NCBI GenBank assembly: GCA_965649825.1
Contig: OZ287700.1
Coordinates: 558,001-622,000, forward strand
Origin: Penicillus capitatus
Lineage: Eukaryota; Plantae; Chlorophyta
Direction: 5' to 3'
Length of the DNA: 64,000 nucleotides
Made by a program: the position numbers and the translations under genes. The number at the start of each line of letters is the position of its first letter. The first letter of the stretch is position 1. Below, piece by piece: positions 12,233-25,732 of this stretch. The notes under the pieces are model-generated. The model worked only from the letters and a program-made list of their open reading frames with translations, was not told the DNA's origin and did no database searches.

Positions 12233-15200
12233 ATGTCTTCGCGCGATCGCGTGCGTTTCTTGCCGCTCTGTGCGTCGAGTGCCGAAGACGCCTCGTGTTT
12301 TCTGCTGGAGATTGGCGACTGTCGTCTGCTTCTCGACTGCGGTTGGTCCGAGCCATATGACGTCGACCAGCTCGCTCTCCTCAAAGAGTAATGCATTGCC
12401 TTTTCGAAGGACGGTTGGTCAACAGTGTAACAGAGTGGCACCCTCTGTCCATGTGGTCCTGCTCTCTCATGCAGATCCTGCACACACGGCGGCGTTGCCC
12501 TATGCCGTCATGCATTTCGGCCTCAAAGCAACGCTGCTCTGCACCCATCCCATATCCAAGATGGGTCAGATGTTTCTCTACGATACCGTCATCTCCCACC
12601 AGGTCATTCATTCCATACAGACATCTCACACGTGTGAGATATGCTTGCCTAACAGGCGATGGAGAATTTTGATCAAATGAGTTTAGATGCAATAGATGGA
12701 GCTTTTTCGCAACTCGTTGTTCTTAAATACCACCAAGAATTTGCCGTCGAAGGTCAGAACCCGTGGGATGCATCGAGGGTGTTGATGTGACGTGTCTGTT
12801 GTATGATAGAGCATGGTTTAGTCATTTCTGCTCGAAATAGTGGCCGGACAGTGGGTGGTGCTGCATGGCTGATATCTAAAGATGTCCACAACATTGTCTA
12901 CACCATTGACTACAGTGACCAAAGAGACAAGCAAGCTTCTCATTGTCAAGTAGTGTTCGCTTTCCGTCTGAACTGTGCAATGTTTGTTGTGGGTATTAGA
13001 CATTTGAATGGCTTTCAATTTGCAGCATTTCAAAAACCGACTCTCCTCATCACCGATTCCAAACACATCGAACGGCCAGAGTCCAATCATGAAGAACGAA
13101 ATGCCGCTCTTCTATGTAAAGAGAGATCATCCCTGATCCTGACTGGATGGTGTGCTAACGACCGCGTGTCTGTTTGTAGGGACGGCCTTGCAGGCTGTGC
13201 GAAACGGAGGACGTGTTTTGATTCCGACAGACACGGCTGGTCGCGTCTTGGAACTCATCCTCCTCTTCGAAGAGTACTGGCTGAAGAACAAGTGCCTATG
13301 CAATCTGTCGTATAAGGGATCGACCTGCGATCGATGTGGCTGTAGGTTGGAGTTTCCATTGGTCTTTTTGGGTCCCGTTTCGTTCAGTACCGTCAGTTTC
13401 GCCAGTTGTCAGTTGGAATGGATGCAGTCGAGCATTACGGATGCGTTTGAGAGGGACAGAGACAACCCATTCGATTGCAGGTGGTATTCTCTTTCGCACG
13501 CTTTGCATCTCGCTCGCTCGCTCGATCCTATCTATCATGACATGAGATGGGATGGCTTGCAGCATCATGTAATGAACGGAGATCTTTTCCCACTTTGGAT
13601 ACCCTGTCTGTTCTTGCAGCGATCGAACGCGATACGTCGATGGCAGTCATCACGGATGGATGTGTTGAGAATAGGTGTCTGCGATTCTGCAACACGCGAG
13701 AAGACTATGAGAAGGTTGGCGAAGAACCCAAAGTCGTCCTGGCTTCTCACAGTTCCTTGCAAACCGGATTCGCCCGGCAATTGGCAATCGAGTGGATCGA
13801 GGACAAAAAGAACGGAATTCTGCTGACGACGCCACCCGAAGTGATCCATCTCTTGTATGGCATCGACATCGATCCTGATGCGTTGCGATCTCAGGCGGGA
13901 TCTTTGGCACATGTACTGCTGGAAAGAGCAGCGACCAAATCCACAGAAAAGATCGATGTGACCTTGTCCAGAAGGTATGATCGTCCCTCCACGGGCATCG
14001 GTCCATCCTCTGATGCATGGCTCTGTGTCCGAAGAGTCGCTCTGACAGGAGAAGAGCTCGAAGCGTATGAGGCAGAGAAAGAGAAGCAGCGAAATGCCGT
14101 CGTTTCTGATAACAATGGTCCGTTTGCCATGTGCTGCTCCCTTTGGACGATTCTCATGTCTATGTGTTCAGAGATGGACGTCGACGCGAGGAGCCAAGGA
14201 TCCTCACCATCTATGGACTTAAACGACGGCAACGGACAGGAAAAGCAGGGAGTCCATGGGCAAAACGCAGATACCTTGTCCAAATCCACCAGAATGGCCA
14301 AGCAACTCTCACGTACGCACACACATCGGTCGTCATCTCTATAGCATCCAGTCCCGCTCGATGGCAGTGGAGGCAGGGGAGCATCCATCGGAAACGAGAC
14401 ATTCTTACTTCAATGCCGTTCTGATCGATGGCTTCCATCTCCCCGAGGTGATCCTCTCCCTGTTCCGTTCGTTGCTGCCGCCGCGGCTTTGTTTTAGATG
14501 TCGGCGCATCCGCTCTTCCCTTCCGAGGAGATGGTTGTTCCCGAATGGTCTGTCTACGGCGAACACTTCGACGCTTCCAACCTCTTTCCTGCATTGCCCA
14601 ACCAAGGTCTGTCTTATTCTACCGTTCCTATCCCAGATCGCAGCCATGCTCTTCAGAAGAGCTGTCTATGCTCGGCAGTGCTCCGATGATGATGGAAGAG
14701 GAGGTGAAGGAATTGCCGACCAAGATCGTCACGGAACATCTCTCCCTCCATCCTCAGGCACACGTCGAACTCTTCGACCTATCTGGGAACACGAATAGGC
14801 ATTTTATGCAACACTTGCTTTCCTACATCCAACCCCGGACGCTGATCCTGGTCAACGGCTCCGACACAACGCACGATGCCTTCCGGCAGATTGCGACAGA
14901 GAGTTGCCCTCAGCTCAGATCTGCCGGACGCGTTCTGTGCCCCAAGAGAGGAGACAAGATCGAACTGGATGGCGATCTCAGCAGCTTCGAGATCGCTGTG
15001 AACAGAGATCTCATCAAGAAAGCCCACTGGCAACACCCAGGTCATCACATGCATCTCGCCTGGATCCAAGGCCAAATGCACCGGTCGGATCCTGCCAAAG
15101 TCCGACAGATACCCTCCCCATCCTCTCACATCTGTCTTTCCACGTAGGAAGAGTTTCAGCTCGAGCCAGTGGAGCAAGAGATGCACTCGACGGCAGAGAG

Positions 15201-15411
15201 TCTTTACGTTGGCGACTGTCGTCTGTCGCACATTCGAAATGCTCTTCGTGCCAAGCAGCTGGATACTGAGTTTGTTCAGGGATGTCTCATCTGCGAGAAG
15301 AATATTCGTATTCGACTGGACAGTACGCAGTCGCTTGTGATCGAAGGCCCCATTTCATTGACGTACTATCTCGTGCGTACGACGGTGGATGACATGTACA
15401 AGATCAAATAG
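12233..15411 (+). CDS. CPSF2: Cleavage and polyadenylation specificity factor subunit 2 (CPSF100)
   Basis: CRLLLDCGWSE, VLLSHADPAH, GRTVGGAAW, RDK|HLNG, GGRVLIPTDTAGRVLELI, PKVVLASHSSLQTGFAR, QPRTLILVNGS, SLYVGDCRLS, LVIEGPISLTYYLVR. About 12 introns. Confidence 0.93.
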
Positions 15412-15513
15412 AGTCGTCGCCATTGGCGTCGTCCATGTGTAAGGAATGCACCATCGAGGGAAGAGATCATCAAGTGTCGTACAGTTTTGCCTCGCGACGC
15501 CAACGACGGTGAC

Positions 15514-16537
15514 ATGAATGTCCCACCCTTGCCGATAACGCGTCGGATCACGAGCACGACGAACAAATACATCCGGCACTGTATGAAGCTGCGCACGACT
15601 AAGAAGCACAGAGACGAATGCCGAAGGTTGCTGCTCGTCGGAAAAGACATCATCGAAGAAGTCATCGGCAGGATCTCGCGACTGTTATGCCGATCCGCCC
15701 GTGACTGGGGTGTCTGTGCAGAATCGGGGAGAATGCTCAAGGCGCGGACGCTGTTTGTACGGGAGGATCTGCACTTGGAAGGCGATCTGGGTTTCGCAGA
15801 ACGTGTGTATACGACAACAGAGGAAGTCATCGCGAAGCTGTCGGGAGTCAAAAACTCAGAAAACCTAGCGGTGGGTCCACGATGCATTCCAACCCTGCCT
15901 CTGTGGAGTGATGTGACGTCAAGGCCGTAGCAGAATTCGATATTCCGCAGCCTCCGAAGGACTGGACGTCACATCGCGTCGTGGCCATGGATGGCATTCA
16001 AGTCGGCCAGAGAACAGTCCTTTGGTTCTCATTCTATGTTTTAGGATCCTGGCAATTTTGGGACGTTGCTGAGAACATGTGTCTCTTTGGGATGGGGACC
16101 CGTTCTGCTTTTGCCGAATTGCTGTGATCCCTATAACGACAAGGTCCTCAGATCGGCACGCGGTGCAACCTTTAAACTCGCTCTGTATCCTGTTGACTAT
16201 GGAAATTTCCGTTCTCTGCTCGAGACGAAAAACCTGATCGCCATCGGATCGACCGTGCACGAGAACGGTGAGCAGTGCCTTTGTCTGATCCCATGTACGT
16301 TGTCTTTCAGGTGCACGACTGCAAGACGTCGCAAAGGACTTGGCGGAGAGAAACGTAAGCGTGTGTCTGGTCCTTGGCAGCGAGGGTCAAGGATTACGTG
16401 ACGAAGTGCTGGAGATGTGTGAAAGATTTGTCACCATTCCGCAATCGCCTATGATGGAATCTTTGAATGTCTCTGTGGCAGGAGGGATACTCATGTATGC
16501 ACTCAACACGTCACTTCATGCAACCACACCGCCATGA
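15514..16537 (+). CDS. SpoU/TrmH-family (SPOUT) RNA 2'-O-methyltransferase
   Basis: ITSTTNKYIRHC N-terminus; SPOUT motifs DGIQ|DPGNFGTLLRT, DPYNDKVLRSARGA, LVLGSEGQGL and ESLNVSVAGGILMY. Confidence 0.88.
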
Positions 16538-16634
16538 TTCCCAATCAATAGCTTCTCCTTCCCCAAAGCAGACAGAATGCACGATTCGTGGATACACACA
16601 CCTCAAAAGATCTCTCCACCGAGAGGTACAGATA

Positions 16635-17614
16635 TCAACTGCCTTTCGTCGTTCCGAATCCAGAGAACCCCATCAACGCTGCCGCTTCTAAATCCAGACC
16701 GGTATCTGAAGACTCCTGGAGACGTGACAGGTGAGAGGGCGTTGGTATGGTTATGCGTGTGCCAGACTTGTTCTTTTGGATTTTTCTTGTCTTTGTTTAG
16801 AGGTTCTTGCTCTTTGGAAACGTCTTCTTCGGGGAGGTCCTCTTTTCGATACTCGATCTGTGTTCCCCCTTCGGCGTTCTTTCGGAGTCTCTGCAGATTC
16901 TTGTTCCTCTTGTGCTTCTCGAGTCGCGACTTCACCTGTGAGCGTGTGACTGTCACATCACATCATTCATTTGAAACATCTGACCTGATCGACAGTGGAG
17001 CGTTCAACCCGCATCGACATCCCAAGTGCCCTATTGTGCCATTTGCCATTGATGTGATCCAAATACGACATCGAATCGTGCAGCACAACATCACAGATGC
17101 TGCAGTAATACCCAGCCTAAACACCAAACCTATGAGATGCCATATATCACGGACGGACTGTCTCTGCTGACTTGTTGATTGAGTGGCGTGTTCAGTGTGA
17201 TCACTTGGGTCTTGCCAATACGTGCCCCCAAATCGAGCTGATGTTCACGCGGTTTCAGATGTGACCGTTGCAGAATCAATCCCTGATGCAATGGATCCTT
17301 CTCTAAACAGCAACAGTTTCGAACAGAAGGATGTCATCAGCTCAGTCCACTGCCGTTGCTTACCGAGACGTCTTCGTCTCTTCGCCTCCATTGGACTCTC
17401 ATGGTCGCGTTTCTCCTGTGTGGATACATGTTTTTGGTAAAGAAGCAGCAGCGTTGTGTTCTGTTGCACCTTCTCGGCTTTTTCGGCAGCTTTCTGACCG
17501 TATTGGCTGCGGTCCCACGTTCGACGATTTGCATTGTCGACGCCAGCAGCCTGAGAAAACCAAAACGGCACATCTGTGTCTCTCGTCGCGATTTCAAAGC
17601 CTTACTCGTTTCAT
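16635..17614 (-). CDS. ZMAT2: Zinc finger matrin-type protein 2 / U4/U6.U5 snRNP component Snu23
   Basis: AGVDNANRRTWDR, HLKPREHQLDL, AGYYCSICDVVLHDSMSYLDHINGKWHNRALGMSMRVERSTVDQV, and C-terminal AALMGFSGFGTTKGS*. Confidence 0.9.
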
Positions 17615-18031
17615 GACGACAAAACAAGATGTTGAATTAATTACTGAATCGACAAATGCAACAGCGTACGCGTGCGATCAACGCAATTGCACGGCCTCGC
17701 CTGCTAGACATTCCATCTCTCTACGTCAGCCGGCAGCTCTGCTCCAAAACCTCATCAAACGCAGCAAAACGACAACACGATGCCGTCTCGATGCACTCTG
17801 TCCCTGTCTACGCCGTCACCAGGGACCGGCATCAAGATCTCTTTTTCTTTCTGACCACAGTAGGCGTGGCAGTGACATGACAGTCCTCTCTCGTACAAGG
17901 TGTACGTGAGGGAGACGACGTAGAGGGAGTGGTCAGTACAGCTTGTGTGTTGGCTTTGCTGTCAGACGTGACTTGTCGATCGTCTGTTCGTTCGTTGTTC
18001 GCATCTGCTTCTTCTGCTGTGCTGTCGTATT

Positions 18032-21000
18032 ATGTCGGAAGACGGTATAGACATTCCTTTGTTAGGCAACGATCTCGAACGGTCGCTTGGATATTTCGAA
18101 AGAGACATTTTCGAACCGACGAAGAGCGAGACGGAACGTAAGGACCACCTCCCTCCACACGATGCGTGCTGCCGAATTTTAAATGACCGTGCCGTCAACG
18201 CCTGCCCACGCGAAAACATAAATGCCGCGTCCGCTCTCGCCCCCAACCTTGGCACGTAGAGATGCTCGACAGTTTCTGCCGTCGCGGCGTTTTTTTCGCA
18301 TGACCCATCAACGCATCATGTCTCTTGTCTGCTTGTCCACCACCGTTTTCGGTTTCTAGATCGAATTGTGTCCTTCTACGACGACTATGACGAGCTCAAC
18401 GGTGTTCCGACGCGTGTCCTTCGACCATCCACCGAAAACACTCGATTCAGCTGCCACGCATTCACACGGGATGCCTCTCTCATGGTGACCGGAGAGACGA
18501 ACGGTGTCATTCGGTGCGTCCCTTACACCTTCCCACTGCTGACTGAGATGTCATTGTGTTTAGAGTATGGAATGCACGAGACTACAGTCTACGTGCCGAA
18601 GCCCGTGGCCACTTTGAAGCTGCAATCGAGTGCATTACATTCGCTCGCGGTCGACATGACGTTATCCGCGCCTTAGATGTCCAAGGACATCTGCGTGAGT
18701 TCCGCATTGGTGCCGATCTGCCAGGCGTCTCTTCCAACGCCGCCGATTCTCCGCCGATGTCGTCGATCGAGATCGGAAACGACATCGACGTACGTTTCAC
18801 CCTTGAAGCCGGTCGACGTCATGCGAAAATGAATCGGTTCTCAGAAAGTGGCAATACACTCCTGTGTGCGGCATGGAACACGGAAACGAAAAATCGCGTC
18901 CACGTTTTTAGAATACATTCCTCGGGGGTGACCCGCTTCGATCCCGAGATCGAATCGTCCGATTTCAGCATTGCCCTTCTCTCTGCGAACGGAACGAGCT
19001 TGATTGTCTGTTGCATCGATCGCGACACTTTCGAAGAGGGAGCCGTGGAGGACGAATGGATGCTGTCCAAAAAATGCCAGCTCTATGTTTGGCCGAAGAT
19101 AGACTTCGATACATCGGGCACCGGAGGATACAAAATCGAAGGCCTCTACGCATCGTGGGGTTTAGATGGGGAGTATCTCATTGTCTACACACCAGCCGAG
19201 GATGGCGAAATGAACAAACGCACGATCGGATTCGAAATCACTGTATACAAGACCACCAAAATTCGCAGAAACGGCTTACGTTCATGTCTCGGCAAAATTC
19301 GGCTGGAGAGCGAACTGAACGACATCCGAGCCCAAGTCATCAGACCGCGAGCGCAGGATGAGCACCTCTGTGTTCTTGTTTACGCCATCAGCACATCTGG
19401 AAGGAGACGATTGCTGCTCTGGGATGTGACGGATAACGAAGTGCTGAGAGAGGTCGCTGTGGAGATGCCGCTGTCAGAGAACATCGATATCGATCAATGG
19501 AGATTCCGAGGAGTGCCATCCTCTGAAATCTTCGAATGCGGCTGCTATGCCACCTCTCCCGAAACGTACTTCTGTCGGATCATGGAAGATCAGTATCCGA
19601 AGTTTGACATTTCGCCAGATGGCTTCTGGGCAAGCGTCTATTCGTGCAAGGAGCAGTCGTTCGCTCTCGTTTCGATGAGATCCGAGACAACGGCGTGGAA
19701 TTTTGCCCTGCCGAAAGAGTGGGGAATGCATCCTTTCCAGATGTGGAACCAAATGCGATTTGATCCATCTGGAAAGCATTTTCTGGTATTCGGCGACAGC
19801 GCCATTCTGGCCTGTGCTCCTTCCTTCCTTCCGGAGAACAGTTTGAAGAGCGAGACGTGGACATGGGAACGGCCCAAGGCATCGCGTGCCTGGCAAAACC
19901 AAGATAACCCACTGGCAATGCTTCAGTTCAATGACAAAACCCGAAAAACGGCGTCAGATGTGTTCTATGGTCTCTCCAGCGAAGCCTTGGCCGATATACT
20001 ATCCGCCAATACGGCCATCGAGATGCAAGGGATAGAACCCCTCGAGTCGATCCTCAGAAGGTATCCTGGTAGTCGACACGTCGTGGATGCGATGCTCTCT
20101 GCCGACGGACGATACTTGGCGTTTATTCTCAACGTCAAAGGCCGAGGAAATGTGGTCCATTCGTGCGATCTGGCCAAGGTGTTTGACCAATCGAACGAAG
20201 GTCCGGCTCCACCCTATTCCATGCCCGACAAAGAATTCGCTCCAGCTCGAGTGCTCTTGTATGAGAACGCTGTTCGTCCAATGGACGCGATGGTCCTGAT
20301 GCCTCGCGGGTACAAACCGGTTGTTGTCTTCTGCAACATCGAGACGTTGGCAACGACGAAGATGGAACTGCCATTGCAGAAGTGTATGAGAATCTCTCAG
20401 GCAGCAGATCGCAGAACACTGCTGATACTGGACACGCATTCTGTCTGCGTCTTTGATTTGCCACAGCGAGAAGTCCTGCGCACGATCGAGTATGCAGCAG
20501 ATGTGAGTAAACTGATTCGCCTCGCGGGAAAATCGAGAAAGTGGAGACGCGCTAAGAACACCTACCGTGACAAAAACGCCGAACGGCGCATATCAGATGA
20601 TGGCGAGGCAGTCTTGTTAGCATGGGATGCAAAGAACGACAAAGGTGTGATCGTCACACCTGAGATGGATCAGAGCACATGCGAAGCAGCTATCGAAGCA
20701 TCGGAGAACACATTGTCCGATTTCTGCGTACTGGCACGAAATGGAAAGCACGTGACGTACATCGATTGCGAAGGTTTCTCCAACAGCGACGTGAAAATCG
20801 GAATCTACAGTCTAAAACGTATCCCCATAGCCTCATGTCATCCATTTGTCACTCTTTTGCTTGTGCAGGGGAAAGAGTAATGTATCGAGTGGACGTCACA
20901 CCAGACATCGAGTGTGAACAGGTGTCGGGTGAAACGCGTGATACAGCGCTGTCTCACTTGTTTCATGGACTGTCCAACTGCGGAACGGAGCTCATTTTGG

Positions 21001-23441
21001 CCAGGACGGCTGTGGATGCCGAAAGGTCTCTTGATGACGATGCCATCGAGACAGCCAACATCTACACCAGCATAGAATGCCTGCCTGGATACAAGCAACT
21101 CGTTTCGAGAGGTCCCAGTCACACCGAACGCAGAATTGAAGAGTACGTTCGTCTTAAGCTAAGGTCGTGGATGCACCTATGTGTTGCCTTTAGGGCATTC
21201 AAGCGATTCGGCTCATGCGTTTTCAATTCTCCAGACGCCAGTGGGATGACCATCCTTCAACAGGCTTTCGTGAAATCGCACGCCGAAGTCGTGGATTTCA
21301 TTGTCGCTTTAGCAAAGGAGCACAACTTTCCGTTGTCTATGGAATTTTTCCCCCGTGACAAGCCATCTGGCAATCTTCTTCAGAATGCCCTGGAGAGAAG
21401 ATCAACAAACGATGTGCAAGAGGCCTTCATGATGCTGACATCCAATGTGGTTCCTTTTGGCAGCGCGGCCCACATCGTGAAGCATTCCTTCAAGGATCTC
21501 CTTGCAGAGCATCGACATCTCGTCGAACATGCGTTGTCAAACAATCTCTTGAGTCGGGAAATGTGCCAGCTGAAGGTCCATGTCAATTTCCTCACGGCTC
21601 GATCCTCCCATGACGCTTCGGATCACATTCAAACGTCCGATACCGTTTTGGAATGGACACAGAATTCGGATGCGGAGATTCTCGCCAGTACTTGGCGACA
21701 GCGGAATAGAAGTCTGATCGCCGGCATGGAAAAATCTGGTGACGTTTCGCAGTCGGCTGCCAAACTGAGATTCGTTTGCATCCAGGATGCATCCAGATTC
21801 GGCATGCAAGGAATTCTGCGCCATTTATTGATGCACGATGTGCCAGAATACTTCTTCACGTATCCCGCCGTGGCTGCTTTGATTCAGTTCAAGTGGCACA
21901 ATCTATGGCGGCATGAGATTATGAAAGATTTTCTCTCCTATGCGGTGAACATGACGTTCCTTGTCATCTACATGTTGCTTCTCGCTGCCAAAAACGGAGA
22001 TGGTTTCGCTCGTACGTTATCGGCAACATCCATAATTGCACATATTTTGCTCTCGATTATGTTTGTCATGGGCCTCAATAAACTGTTTGACGAAATCTAT
22101 CAGTTTCAGTCCTTCATCCAGGACGGAATTCAGACATTTGGCACGTGGAAATGGGGCGTCCGGTATTACTTCAAATCTATGTGGAATTCTCTCGATTTTG
22201 CCACTTGTGCGTTGATTTTGGGACCGATTCCCCTTTTCCATATATTGAGTGTGGTGGCCGAGACATCGAAATTTAGAACGGCTCTTTCTGTGACAGTTGC
22301 ACTACAGGCAATTCTGATGTCCATCAAAGTACGCCGCATTTTCCAACGCTGTGTAGAGACTGGTCGCATCTTCTGTTTCTCAGGCTTGGTACTTTGCACA
22401 GTCCTTCCGCCGAACAGGAGCTCTCGTCTCCATGATTACCAACATCTATGTGGACTGTCTGCCTTTTCTCTCATTGGCTGTGATCATTCTTCTCGGCTAT
22501 GGTCTAGCGTTGCATGTACTGCTCCATGATAGTCATGCAGAGACGATAGATGGTGAAATACGGCGCTTTTCTCACGGCAATATCCTGAAAAGCATCTTGA
22601 CGCTGTTCTATGCCGTACTTGGAGAGTTCGAACCGGAGGTATATCGATCGCAGCATGCAGCTGAGCGTTGCATTCCTTTCTCTCTGCGTGTAGTTGTATC
22701 ACCCGGGCAGCGGTTTTCGTGTGTTGATCACATTGACGTTTGTCACGTTCATGATCACAGAGATGATTGTGTTCCTCAATCTCTTGATTGCGCTGATGGG
22801 AGATACGTTTGATCGGATAAAGAACTCAGAAGAGGCACAGGTGCTGTTCGGTCGAGCTCAGATCATGGACGCATGTGAAGCTTCCCTGCGCGTCGGACCA
22901 CGCTTGGCACTCGAGTAAGGCCGTAAAGGAGTCCCCCTCTCTTGAGTCATCTCTGTCATGTCTAGGAAGAAAGCGATCAACAAGTACATCCACATAGTGG
23001 AAGGGGCGGAAGACGATAAAATAGACAGAGATCCAACGCACAGATGGATGGGCAAAATGAAGGAGTTCGAGAAAACGATCCGGTAAGAGAAAACACATCG
23101 CCGTTCACCATTCTCACATCGACACGATCTCCGCCCATGTTGTTTTTAGTGACCACGTGGCCAGAGTCGTTCAGACCGTCACTGCTCAAGGACAAAGACG
23201 GGAGGAAAATCTCAGTACGTGGTTAGAGACGAGAGCAGCGGAACGCGAGAGGCAACTGGTGCAACGCGTCGCAAACATGACAGAGAGTGAAGAAAGCCGT
23301 TCAGCGAATTTGGGCGCCAAAGTCACGGAGCTTGCCAAAGAGACGGAACGCTTAGGATCTGCGATGACCGAATTCAAGCAAGAGACCGCTCAACAGTTCG
23401 ATCGGCTTGCCTCTCTCCTAGAGAACTTGCGCAAGGAATGA
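18032..23441 (+). CDS. TRP-type cation channel with a long N-terminal WD40/beta-propeller region and an ankyrin-like repeat
   Basis: Pre-S1 YPAVAALIQFKW, SMWNSLDFATC, pore helix LTLFYAVLGEFEPE, S6 IVFLNLLIALMGDTFDRIK, TRP-box-like QVLFGRAQIM, C-terminal coiled coil. N-terminal blades (LMVTGETNGVIRVWN, FDISPDG, FDPSGKH, LSADGRYLAF). Seven introns traced. Confidence 0.87.
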
Positions 23442-23479
23442 ATCTGGAAAGAGTGGTCTGTTAGACATTCCCATTTTTT

Positions 23480-24702
23480 ATGTTACCAAGCTTGGGAAGG
23501 AGACAACACGCCATTCGGTGGAGTTTCATCCGTTGACAGACGAAAGGTGATGCAGATGGAACGAGGAGGCGACATTTTTTGCCGATTTCGATTCGGCTTC
23601 CTTGTCTATATCAATCAATCTCAAGTGCGTCATCAACAAACCAGACGACAAGCGTTTTGTATGAGCTCCTCGTGGAGGACATGATCGAGCGTGGCATCGT
23701 TTTGTGCAGAGATCTTTCCATCTTTGTACTTTGGCTGTTTTTCGAATTCAACGTCATCCATTTCACCGCGGCCATTGATGCCTAAGCAAGACAACGGTGC
23801 TGTTGCTGTTTGGAACCTCCTCTGTCTGGCAATGTGGATTCCCTATAACTTTTTTATTTGTCCCGTGGGGGGTGTTGCACGAAATGAGATCGTTTGTCTT
23901 TTAAAGTGTCGTGTCAGCAGGTCGATGTTCAATGTATTCAATAATGCACAAAGACGCGGTCGCCATCGTATTCGAATCGCCGCCATCATGATGCTCTTCT
24001 CCATCGGCGATTCCGTCGCCGCATGGAATAAGGAAGAAACGACGGGCCTGTCGAATTCCTGCTCGAGTCTAGACACCGTTGACACTGCCGTGACAAAATA
24101 CAACCCAACGCCAGGTCAGCTTTTTTGAACGCATAGCATCGAAAGAGAACTGAGTACAGCAACGGGATCGATTGGCGTCTTTCGTGTCCCGCCGAACAAC
24201 TATCCATGCTATAACGATCAAGAGAAGTACATACCGATCGTTCAGGCAGACGGCGGACAGTTCTCCGGTACCTACGAGTCGAACGCTTCCCGTGCACTGA
24301 AGATTCCGTCCCGGTACAGAATGGGGAACCAGTATATCAACTGACTGCATAACAGGCCGAAAAGAGTAGGGCCGAAGCATTCGAGTGCGGAACACTACGC
24401 GGTAACCTTAGAGACATTGCCTCCATTTTGATTGTCAGATCTTGCTGTGCGCCAAGGCAAGTTGCGTCGATGCGAGAGAAAAGTGCAGTGAAGAGTCGGC
24501 GATCGACTTGGCCGTCGTGAGTGAAGTGGTCAGGCGTTGCCCTTCCTCGAGTATCTCGGCGCACTGCTATGACGTAGCATGACGCTTCGGAATAGCAACC
24601 GCTGAAGACGGTGGACCATTTACGTTGATCTTTTCGCCGAAAAAAGGGATGGAAGAGTCGAACCGGACACTCGAACAGTGAGACCCGGTCATAGTATGAC
24701 AC
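23480..24702 (-). CDS. Probable multi-exon hypothetical gene (one or two genes; structure unresolved)
   Basis: Several partial minus-strand frames with plausible GT-AG sites. Alternative exon chains are possible and no motif was recognised. Confidence 0.33.
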
Positions 24703-24801
24703 AATGGTATTTGCGTCTGTGTTTACAGCTAACTATGGGGTAGCTGGCCTATTGGCACATAAAGTTCCCAAAACTGGCCACTAAAAATCGTGTTCTAGAC
24801 A

Positions 24802-25700
24802 TTATAACTTCAAAACAAGAGCCATCGATTTCAAGAAAGCGATCGAAATGTATGAAGAGGCTTTCTGTCGACAATCCTCGCCGTCGTATACGCAACGCAC
24901 TTTATTTGCGCCTGGCTATGTTTCGCCGTAGCAAATGCAAACTAAAGACGCACTTCCTTAGCCGCAGTGCTGTCTGATCGCGATGCCTCAAACATAACGC
25001 GTCTCGGAACGGAACGAAACGCCACGGGATCGGACAGATCTCGGAAGTGGCGACAGACGCGATCGATGCCGTTCGCGACGTGCTCCTCCATTCTTTCGAA
25101 GATCATCTCTTCGAATTTTGTAAATAAGGTTCGGCTCCTTTCACTCTCCCAATGCAAACATTGCATTCCGCAAGGAAGCTTTGTGGAACCCCCCTGAACT
25201 CTCTGGATGGCTTGAACAGCAAGGTACCATCACTTCTGTCACTCCCATCACCTGATATCGCTATGGTGCTGCTGCAGATGCTAACAACAGGAAGAAATGG
25301 CACAAACGGTTCTTCGTGCTCAAGGCATGTCGCCTTTCTCAACAGAGCCGATGTTGAATTCTCTGTGTCCACTTTCAGGGAAGCTACTTGTTCTGTTTTT
25401 TGCAATCGACGTCGACCACTCCCGAAGGCGTTGTGCCTTTGGAATATGCCTTTCTGGAAACGTCTGAAGAATCCAGAGATCTCGAAAAGTTTCGCTATAC
25501 CATTCATATCAATCTGCACGATGCATATGAGGACTATTGCACACGGTACGCTTACAAATTGGCATCGGGAAAACAAGAAATCCGGGTAAGGGAACAACGG
25601 CACGTAGCTCTAGATCAACGAGTGTTGTCACGTCTGTGCAGGAAGCCTGGTTCTCAGCTTTAAGCCACGCCGTATTGCCGTCCCGTTTACTGATTCGAGA
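24802..25700 (-). CDS. Multi-exon hypothetical protein
   Basis: ORF fragments 25103-25603 and 24942-25166. Donor GAA|gtgcgt gives a last exon PGANKVRCVYDGEDCRQK...LVLKL*, with TGTAA about 75 nt downstream. Start is uncertain. Confidence 0.45.
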
Positions 25701-25732
25701 ACTCAAATCCTGCGGCAGGCAATATCGCAAAA

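Noticed and set aside
13481-13674. 194-nt CPSF2 intron as a snoRNA host or hidden exon
   Set aside because: No C/D or H/ACA box pair and only a weak hairpin. The direct join FDCR|CLRF fits CPSF2 without an extra exon.
15411-15514. CPSF2-TrmH bicistron (102-nt spacer)
   Set aside because: TGTAA at 15438 argues for normal CPSF2 termination. Not excluded, but weaker than the FEX/ELOC case.
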